A stretch of 10,697 nucleotides of DNA. Origin: an archaeon (GTDB lineage Archaea > Iainarchaeota > Iainarchaeia > Iainarchaeales > CSSED10-239). The translations under genes were made by a program, and so were the position numbers. Below the pieces are notes generated by a model. That model was not told the DNA's origin, did not search any database, and saw only the letters and a program-made list of their open reading frames with translations. This document shows, piece after piece, positions 1 to 6,476 of this stretch (position 1 is its first letter; each line of letters starts with the position of its first letter). The DNA lies in contig JBAYPN010000024.1 in the NCBI GenBank assembly GCA_041677685.1, positions 1-10,697 of the forward strand, read 5' to 3'.

Positions 1-137
1 AAGATAAATTAAAATTAAGATAAATTAAAATTAAGATAAATTAAAATTAAGATAAATTAAAATTAAGATAAATTAAAATTAAGATAAATTAAAATTAAGA
101 TAAATTAAAATTAAGATAAATTAAAATTAAGATAAAC
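1..137. repeat. Perfect 16-bp direct tandem repeat AAGATAAATTAAAATT, 8 full copies (1-128) plus a 9-nt partial copy (AAGATAAAC). The array starts at the window edge and may continue upstream.
   Basis: Read directly from the sequence. Every 16-nt unit from 1 to 128 is identical. The partial unit at 129-137 is followed by T and then the leuS ATG at 139. The repeat has stop codons in all + frames, so it is non-coding. Confidence 0.97.
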
Positions 138-138
138 T

Positions 139-3003
139 ATGTATGACTTTATATCTTCTGAAAAGAAATGGCAAGATAAATGGAATGACCTAAAAGTAGG
201 TGAAGTTAATTATGATTCTTCTAAACCTAAATTTTTTTTAATTTGGGCATATTTAACTGTATCTGGTTTTCACCATGTGGGGCATATGAGAGGCTATTCT
301 TATGCTGATGCTATCTGCAGATATAAAAGAATGAATGGATATAATGTTTTACTTCCTGCTGGAGGGCATGCAACAGGAAATGGAACAATCTCAAAAGCTT
401 ATAATGTTAGAAGTAAAGATCCTCAAACAATAGAATATTATAAAGAATTAGGTTTAAATGAAAAAGATCTAGAGAAGATTTCTACACCTTTTGGCTTTAT
501 TAATTTTTTTAAAAATATTTATATTAAAGATTATAAGTCATATGGTTTTATTGGAGACTGGAGAAGATTTGTAGTTACAACTGATAAAGAATATAATAAA
601 TTTATAGAATGGCAATTTAAAAAATTAAAACAGAAAGATTTACTTGTACAAAAACCATACTTTGCAACAGCTTGTGTTGAGTGCGGACCAGTGGCAGTTG
701 ATCCTTCTGAGATGGATCTAAAAAAAGGTGGGAATGCACAAAAGAATGAGTATACAATTTTAAAATTAAAATTTGAAAAGGATAACCAATATGTTGTTGT
801 TGCAACACTTAGACCAGAAACTATTTTTGGACAAACAAATATTTGGTTAGATTATAATGTAACTTACACAAAATTAAAAGTAGGAGAGGAAGTCTGGATT
901 GCCTCTAAAGAATTTGCAGAAAAACTAAAATATCAAAAAGAAAATATTGAAATATTAGATGAGATAAAAGGAAAAGATTTGGTTGGTAAGTATGTTACTC
1001 CACCAATAATTAATAGAGAAATAATAATTTTGCCATCTGAGTTTTGTGATCCAAACATCGGTACAGGAATTGTAACCTCTGTTCCCTCTGATGCCCCTAT
1101 TGATTGGATTGGATTATTTGATCTACAAAGATCAAAAGAATTAACAGAAAAGTATGGTTTAGATTTTGAAGAATTAAAAAAAATAGAACCAATTGCAATT
1201 ATTAATTCAAAAGGGTTTGGTAAATTTCCAGCAATTGAAATCTGCAAGAAATATAATATTAATTCTCAAAAGGATATTGAGAAATTAGAGGAAGCAAAAA
1301 AAGAAGTTTATAAAAAAGGTTTTCATACTGGTGTGATGCTTGAAAATGCAGGAAAATATTCAAACTTAAAAGTTGAACAAGCAAAAGAGGAAATTAGAAA
1401 TGATTTGATTAAAAGTAATTTAGCAGATATTTTTTATGATCTTTCAGAAGAAGTTGTTTGTAGGTGTGGTAAACAAGTTGTTATTAAAAAAATAGATAAT
1501 CAATGGTTTATTAAATATTCAGACAAAGAACTAACTAATAACACAATTTCACATATTAAAGATATGCTGCTTCTTCCTGAACAATATAAAAAAAACTTAC
1601 CAAACATTCTTAATTGGTTTGATGACAGAGCTTGTGCTAGACAAGGTAATTGGTTGGGAACAAAATTTCCTTTTGATAAAACTTACACTATTGAACCAAT
1701 CTCTGATAGTACTCTTTACCCAATATTCTATCTTGTATCTTTGTATATTAACCAAGGAATAGTTAAAGAAGAACAATTAACAGAAAATTTCTTTGATTTT
1801 GTTTATCTTGGTCTTGGAGATTCTGAAATTATTTCTAAGGAAATAAGTTTAGATATTAAGTTACTGTTGCAGATTAGAAAGGATGTAGAGTATTGGTATC
1901 CTTTAGACATCAATCTTGGTGGACAGGACCATTTAACAGTGCACTTCCCTGTGTTTCTAATGAATCATGTAGCTTTGTTACCTAAAAAGTACTGGCCAAA
2001 GGGCATAATCGTTAACTGGTGGGTTATAAACAAATCAGGTAAAATATCTAAGTCTAAGGGTGGAGTTAGAAGTATTGGGCAAGAAGCAAAAACCTACTCT
2101 GTTGATGCTATTAGATTGTTTTATTCAAATATTGCGTCTCCATTTGTAAATATTGATTTTCCTGAAGAGGATTTAATAAAGTATAAGCAAAGATTGGAAA
2201 AAATATATTATTTTATTGTAGACTTAGAAAATAATTTTAAATTATTAGAAATAAAAAACCTAAATAATATAGATAGATGGTTAGAATCAAAATTTAATCA
2301 AAGACTTAAAAATATTATTGGTTCTATGGATAAGATTGAATTTAAGGAAGCAACAGATGATATTTATTTTAATATCTATAATGATTTACATTGGTATCTT
2401 AGAAGAGGTGGAAACAATAAAACACTTTTAAAAGAAATTATTAAGAAATGGACTTTAAGTTTTGGTTTATTTACTCCACATATTGCTGAAGAGCTTAATG
2501 AAGTTTTAGGCAATCAAGAGTTAGTTTCAACATCTGTTTTCCCTAAGGTTAATGATTCTAAGATAGATGAAAGTTTAGATACTAATGAAAAAAATATTGA
2601 AAATATTTCCTCAGAAATTAGAACTGTTTTAAAGATGGCAAATATTGAAAAACCAAAGACAATTAAGATAATTGTTTCTAAGTCTTGGAAATATGATTTT
2701 TATAAGGATCTAAAATCAGAGCTAGAGGTTACACGAAATGTTGGACAAATAATTTCTACTTTAATGTCTAAATATTTAGATTATAAATCTGAAATTGGAA
2801 AGATAGTTCCTAAGTTATTAAAGCAACCAAGCCTATTAGAAAACATTACTTCTCAAGAACTTGATTTAAAATTTTTTAAAGAAATTCTTCTCTTTTTAGA
2901 ATCTGAATTTTCAACAAAAATGGAGATTTATAAAGCAGAAAATTTCAATGATCTAAAATCAGAGACTGCCTCTCCAGCAAAGCCAGGAATAATTGTTGAA
3001 TAG
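139..3003 (+). CDS. leuS: Leucyl-tRNA synthetase, archaeal/eukaryal-cytosolic type (class Ia aaRS with CP1 editing domain)
   Basis: 954-aa uninterrupted ORF.
- N-terminus EKKWQDKW is typical of LeuRS.
- HIGH motif is present as HVGH (aa 46-49, nt 274-285).
- GGHATGNG follows the first motif (the archaeal H-x-TG pattern), not the bacterial GWDAFGLPAE.
- CP1/editing signatures TLRPETIFGQTNIW and GTGIVTSVPSDAPIDW are present.
- KMSKS motif is present as KISKSKG (from nt 2041).
- The length matches archaeal LeuRS (about 950-970 aa). Confidence 0.95.
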   Translation: MYDFISSEKKWQDKWNDLKVGEVNYDSSKPKFFLIWAYLTVSGFHHVGHMRGYSYADAICRYKRMNGYNVLLPAGGHATGNGTISKAYNVRSKDPQTIEYYKELGLNEKDLEKISTPFGFINFFKNIYIKDYKSYGFIGDWRRFVVTTDKEYNKFIEWQFKKLKQKDLLVQKPYFATACVECGPVAVDPSEMDLKKGGNAQKNEYTILKLKFEKDNQYVVVATLRPETIFGQTNIWLDYNVTYTKLKVGEEVWIASKEFAEKLKYQKENIEILDEIKGKDLVGKYVTPPIINREIIILPSEFCDPNIGTGIVTSVPSDAPIDWIGLFDLQRSKELTEKYGLDFEELKKIEPIAIINSKGFGKFPAIEICKKYNINSQKDIEKLEEAKKEVYKKGFHTGVMLENAGKYSNLKVEQAKEEIRNDLIKSNLADIFYDLSEEVVCRCGKQVVIKKIDNQWFIKYSDKELTNNTISHIKDMLLLPEQYKKNLPNILNWFDDRACARQGNWLGTKFPFDKTYTIEPISDSTLYPIFYLVSLYINQGIVKEEQLTENFFDFVYLGLGDSEIISKEISLDIKLLLQIRKDVEYWYPLDINLGGQDHLTVHFPVFLMNHVALLPKKYWPKGIIVNWWVINKSGKISKSKGGVRSIGQEAKTYSVDAIRLFYSNIASPFVNIDFPEEDLIKYKQRLEKIYYFIVDLENNFKLLEIKNLNNIDRWLESKFNQRLKNIIGSMDKIEFKEATDDIYFNIYNDLHWYLRRGGNNKTLLKEIIKKWTLSFGLFTPHIAEELNEVLGNQELVSTSVFPKVNDSKIDESLDTNEKNIENISSEIRTVLKMANIEKPKTIKIIVSKSWKYDFYKDLKSELEVTRNVGQIISTLMSKYLDYKSEIGKIVPKLLKQPSLLENITSQELDLKFFKEILLFLESEFSTKMEIYKAENFNDLKSETASPAKPGIIVE

Positions 3004-3030
3004 TTATGATCGATTGTAATTTAACAAGAT

Positions 3031-4443
3031 GTGAAAAACATGCCTTGTAGGAAAATATATACTAAATTAATTGCAGAATACACTTCTGAAATTAATAAAG
3101 CTTTTAATTTATCTTGTAAACTATATAATAATAAAAAAATATTTGGCAATATTGATAAGATTGATTATGTTTTAAATATTTCTAGAAATTTAACTGATTA
3201 TGACGAAGAAATAATAATTGCAGGTCTATTGTATAATCCTTATTTAGAAAGCATAAATCTTAAACATCATTGTTTTAATAAAAATGTAAGAAAGATATGT
3301 AAAGATATTTATTTTATAAATTTTTTTAGTTTACTTAACAATTACAATATTTCTGAAGAAGAAATTAAAGAATATATTATTCAGCCTTTTTATAAAATTG
3401 AATCTGTATTAATTGTTTTTGGAGAAGTTATAACTATCTTAGATTATTTAGATAAAATTAAAGATCAAAAATATAAAAAAAGATTTTTAAATATTGTAGA
3501 AAAGTCAATTATTCCTCTTGCTTACCAATTAGGTGTTTATAACATAAAAGATAAAATTTTAAATAAATTAATTGAGATTAAATATCCAAAGAAATTTTTA
3601 AATATTAAAAAATATTTAGAAAAGAATTTTCCAAAAAATAACCTGGAAATATTTAAAGAGATTATTATTGATTATTTAAAATCGCGTAGTCTAAAACCTT
3701 TATTTTATGAATATAGGTATAAGAGTGCAGGTAGTTTTTATCAAAAGGTATATGTTAATAGATTAGTTGCCATTGATAATATTACTGATGTTTATGCTTT
3801 ACGATTAATTTTTGAAACTAAAAAGGATTGTTATAAAGCACTTAATTTAATAAAGAATAATTTTCTACTATATAATTCAAGAATTACAGATATGATTAAA
3901 AATCCTAAGAAGAATGGTTATCAATCAATTCATTTAAGATTAAATATTAATGGTTATCCTGTAGAGGTACAGATTAGAACTGCAGAGATGCATAATAATG
4001 CAATTTACGGAGTTTCTTCTCATTTCCATTACAAGAATATTTATGAATTATCTTTAAAAGAATCAAAAATTTTAGATTATTTAAAAAGCGAAACCTCTTT
4101 AAGTGTAAATAAATCTTCTGATTATAAAGACTACATTACTGTTTTTACAACAACCAATCAAAAAATTGTAGTTCCTAAAAAAGCAACAATTTTTGATTTT
4201 GCTTTTTATTTGCATACTACTTTTGTAATGTATTTTGATTATGCAATTGTTAATGGTGTGGCTATTAGAAATAAAAATTGTTTGTTAAAAAATGGAGATG
4301 AGATTACAATTGTTAGATCAAGAAAAATAACTTTAGAGGCAGATGATAGAAAATATTTGTTTGTTAATAAGAACAAAAAACAATTTAATTTAGTTTTAAA
4401 TAAAGTTGATAGGCTTTTAAGTGAACAAAATATTGTTGATTAA
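3031..4443 (+). CDS. RelA/SpoT-homologue (RSH): degenerate HD pseudo-hydrolase region + (p)ppGpp-synthetase-type nucleotidyltransferase domain + TGS domain, with the C-terminal regulatory half absent
   Basis: 470-aa ORF.
- Synthetase core (about aa 225-335, nt 3703-4035) carries YRYKSAGSFYQKV (the R-x-K...S-x-Y-x-K ATP-binding strand), DVYALRLIF, RITDMIKNPKKNGYQSIH (compare RxKD-YIA-PK-NGYQSLH), VEVQIRTAEMH and GVSSHFHYK (compare G-AAHW-YK).
- The linker IPLAYQLGVYNIKDKILN resembles APLAhRLGi..iKwELED.
- TGS domain (about aa 367-430, nt 4129-4320): ITVFTTTNQKIVVPKKATIFDFAFYLHTTF...AIVNG...LKNGDEITIV.
- The HD region is degenerate. LLYN (nt 3226-3237) replaces LLHD, and YVLNIS replaces HP-x-x-VA.
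- The tracked start is GTG at 3031. An in-frame ATG at 3040 is an alternative. Confidence 0.85.
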   Translation: MKNMPCRKIYTKLIAEYTSEINKAFNLSCKLYNNKKIFGNIDKIDYVLNISRNLTDYDEEIIIAGLLYNPYLESINLKHHCFNKNVRKICKDIYFINFFSLLNNYNISEEEIKEYIIQPFYKIESVLIVFGEVITILDYLDKIKDQKYKKRFLNIVEKSIIPLAYQLGVYNIKDKILNKLIEIKYPKKFLNIKKYLEKNFPKNNLEIFKEIIIDYLKSRSLKPLFYEYRYKSAGSFYQKVYVNRLVAIDNITDVYALRLIFETKKDCYKALNLIKNNFLLYNSRITDMIKNPKKNGYQSIHLRLNINGYPVEVQIRTAEMHNNAIYGVSSHFHYKNIYELSLKESKILDYLKSETSLSVNKSSDYKDYITVFTTTNQKIVVPKKATIFDFAFYLHTTFVMYFDYAIVNGVAIRNKNCLLKNGDEITIVRSRKITLEADDRKYLFVNKNKKQFNLVLNKVDRLLSEQNIVD

Positions 4444-4481
4444 ATTTTTTTAATAAAAAATAAAAAAAAGAAGGAAAAGGA
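4444..4481. terminator. Bidirectional oligo-T termination region between convergent genes
   Basis: A T7 run at 4445-4451 on the + strand lies directly after the RSH stop codon (4441-4443). A6 (4455-4460) and A8 (4462-4469) read as T6/T8 runs on the - strand, just downstream of the binding-protein stop (4482-4484). Oligo-T tracts are the known intrinsic termination signal for archaeal RNA polymerase. Confidence 0.5.
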
Positions 4482-5621
4482 TTAATTTAATTGAACCCAA
4501 CTTCCATTTTTGTATTCATATATTTTGTTTGTGTTTTGTAAGACTCTATCTTTAAAACCAGTATTACCATTAACAGTTACATGTCCTTTCACATTTTCTA
4601 AAGAATTAACTAAACATTCTGTATCTTTTGGTTTACAATTTTCCATAGCTTTTGAAATAATCATCACATGATCATATCCTTCTGCTGCATATGCATATTC
4701 TGTGTGACTTAAATTTGTTTTATTTATAAAAGTCTCATATTTTTTTGCAAATTCTGAATTGTCAATATCTATTCCCTTAAAATCAATAGTTAATGTATTT
4801 TCTAAAGATTCTTTTGTTACATTTTCAAAAACATTTTTTGGAAATATTTCTGAAGTTGTTGCTGCCATAACTTTTATTGGGTAATCATATTTTTGCAATT
4901 GATTAAATAAATTTACAAAATGATAATCAAAACCAAGAACAAATATTGTATCAATATTTTTTTGATTTGCTCTTAAAAGAATTGTCTTATAATTTTTTTC
5001 CTCAACACCATACCAAAATTCTTCAACATTAGGTTCTACTTTTTTAATACCTTCAAAACATTCTTCTGAAAAACCAATTTGTGGGAATACAATTGCCAAC
5101 TTTTCATATTTGTTATTTTCTTTTGCAAATCTTGTTAGTTCTTCACAACCTGATGATGAATCAAAATCTGTTTTGAAAATAATATTACTTTGATCTTTTA
5201 TACTTCTCACATATGCTTCATAAATTAAAGGTATATTATTTTGAATTGCAATTGGTGCTATTGCTTCTGCTGGTGGTTGAAATAATGTGACTAGTATATC
5301 TATGTTTTGTGTGTTAATTAGAAAGTTTGCAGCATTTGCACTTTCAGCTCCATTTATTTTTCCATCTTCAATTACTAAGTTTAAATTTTGTCCATTTATT
5401 CCGCCATTTTCATTAATTTCTTTTGTTGCTATTTCCATTCCGCTTGCCATCGCTAAACCTATTTGTGAACCAACACCACTTAATGGCGACACTAATCCAA
5501 TTGTGTACTCTTGATCTTTTATATCTTTATTTTTATTAATATTAGTAAATACTAACAACAAAATTAAAATTGATATTATTACTATGATTGTTCCTAATAA
5601 TATTTTCTTTTTCATAAACAT
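4482..5621 (-). CDS. Membrane-anchored solute-binding protein, type-I periplasmic-binding-protein fold (Leu/Ile/Val-binding LivJ/LivK-like family)
   Basis: 379-aa ORF.
- The N-terminus KKKILLGTIIVIISILILLLVF is a signal/anchor helix with no lipobox Cys.
- The mature part begins YTIGLVSPLSGVGSQIGLAMASGMEIATKEINENGGINGQNLNLVIEDGK...AANFLINTQNIDILV, the characteristic opening of branched-chain-amino-acid-type binding proteins.
- On the - strand the start region reads AAGGAG-ATG-TTT-ATG. The Shine-Dalgarno-like GGAG abuts the tracked ATG (5621) and sits 6 nt before the second ATG (5615), so 5615 is the more likely true start. Confidence 0.85.
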   Translation of the reverse strand: MFMKKKILLGTIIVIISILILLLVFTNINKNKDIKDQEYTIGLVSPLSGVGSQIGLAMASGMEIATKEINENGGINGQNLNLVIEDGKINGAESANAANFLINTQNIDILVTLFQPPAEAIAPIAIQNNIPLIYEAYVRSIKDQSNIIFKTDFDSSSGCEELTRFAKENNKYEKLAIVFPQIGFSEECFEGIKKVEPNVEEFWYGVEEKNYKTILLRANQKNIDTIFVLGFDYHFVNLFNQLQKYDYPIKVMAATTSEIFPKNVFENVTKESLENTLTIDFKGIDIDNSEFAKKYETFINKTNLSHTEYAYAAEGYDHVMIISKAMENCKPKDTECLVNSLENVKGHVTVNGNTGFKDRVLQNTNKIYEYKNGSWVQLN

Positions 5622-5694
5622 CTCCTTATTTAATTTCTTAACTTTTGCAAGTTATACAGAATTTATATTTTCGAAACTATTTAAAATATAACTA

Positions 5695-5710
5695 CTACTA
5701 AATATAGTAG
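5695..5710. promoter_or_regulatory. Inverted repeat CTACTA-AATA-TAGTAG (TACT-N6-AGTA) in the divergent binding-protein/TrmB promoter region; candidate TrmB operator
   Basis: 6-bp perfect arms with a 4-nt spacer, read directly. It lies 32-47 nt upstream of the TrmB-family ATG (5742), between AT-rich TATA-like tracts (TTAAAATATA 5681-5690 and AATAAATATATAAA 5714-5727). The half-sites resemble the TACT/AGTA half-sites that I recall for Pyrococcus TrmB. Confidence 0.3.
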
Positions 5711-5741
5711 GTAATAAATATATAAACAAGAGGCAACAAAT

Positions 5742-6473
5742 ATGGATGTGGAACAATTAACAGAACTTCAAGAGTTAGGTTTTACAAAACCAGAAATTAA
5801 AGTGTATACTACTCTTTTAGAACTAAATGAATCAAAGACAGGAAAACTTTGCTTTTTAACAAAAATTCCAAATTCTAGAATTTATTCAATTTTAGATTCT
5901 TTAATTGATAAAGGTTTAGTTAGTTATAAAATTACAAATAAAATAAAAGTGTATATGCCAGCACCTCCTGAGATTTTAAAATCTATTTTAGATGAAAAAC
6001 ATAAAAAAATATTGTCTGCAGTAAAATTATTACAAGAAAAGAAAACAAAAGTCTCTAATTTTCAATATAAGACATTTAATAATGTCAAGGGTATTAGGTC
6101 TATGTTTTTAGAAATAAATAATGTGATGAATAAGAATTTAGTTTTAAGTTATTATACTTCTGCAAAAGGAAGTTATGAGAGATTGATGGGGATTTTTAAT
6201 GAACATCATGATCTTAAAATTTCAAAAAAGATAAAAAGTAGAATATTAATATCTAATGAAAATAAAGATCTTGGTGAGAGAAGAAAAAATAAATATACAG
6301 AAGTAAAATACATCTCTATTGATAGTTCTGCAGAATGGGGTGTGATTGGAGATAAGATGTTATTTATTTTTTATATTATGGGAGATGACCCAAAAGGAAT
6401 ATTAATTGAGGATCAAGTAATTGCAAATACTTTTAAAAAAACCTTTGAAAAGATTTGGGATAAAACTAAATAA
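5742..6473 (+). CDS. TrmB-family winged-helix transcriptional regulator (short, TrmBL-like; no recognisable full sugar-binding domain)
   Basis: 243-aa ORF. The N-terminal region LQELGFTKPEIKVYTTLLELNESKTGKLCFLTKIPNSRIYSILDSLIDKGLVSYK matches the TrmB wHTH pattern (LGLT--EA-VY--LL--G--TA-EIA-----R--VY--L--L--KGLV). A GAGG Shine-Dalgarno-like element (AAGAGG, 5728-5733) lies 8 nt upstream of the ATG. Confidence 0.8.
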   Translation: MDVEQLTELQELGFTKPEIKVYTTLLELNESKTGKLCFLTKIPNSRIYSILDSLIDKGLVSYKITNKIKVYMPAPPEILKSILDEKHKKILSAVKLLQEKKTKVSNFQYKTFNNVKGIRSMFLEINNVMNKNLVLSYYTSAKGSYERLMGIFNEHHDLKISKKIKSRILISNENKDLGERRKNKYTEVKYISIDSSAEWGVIGDKMLFIFYIMGDDPKGILIEDQVIANTFKKTFEKIWDKTK

Positions 6474-6476
6474 GAT

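Noticed and set aside
1-137. Possible CRISPR array, because of the regularly spaced identical repeats
   Set aside because: The 16-bp units are directly contiguous with no spacers. The unit is far shorter than CRISPR repeats, and no cas genes are nearby. It is a simple tandem repeat.
617-1247. Minus-strand ORFs 617-808 and 933-1247 inside leuS
   Set aside because: They lie entirely antisense within a confidently identified 954-aa LeuRS gene. Their translations are low-complexity with no recognisable motifs. These are shadow ORFs.
3031-4443. RSH gene as a toxSAS/CapRel-type toxin-antitoxin or phage-defence module
   Set aside because: The pseudo-HD N-terminus and TGS C-terminus are those of a truncated long RSH, not the compact synthetase-only toxSAS or the synthetase plus pseudo-ZFD CapRel layout. 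There is no small adjacent antitoxin ORF, because the gene sits between leuS and a terminator. Biochemistry would still be needed to exclude a non-canonical acceptor.
5287-5514. Plus-strand ORF 5287-5514 inside the binding-protein gene
   Set aside because: It is antisense to a well-supported CDS, and its translation is hydrophobic and low-complexity, as expected when reading the complement of an AT-rich gene. There are no upstream expression signals.
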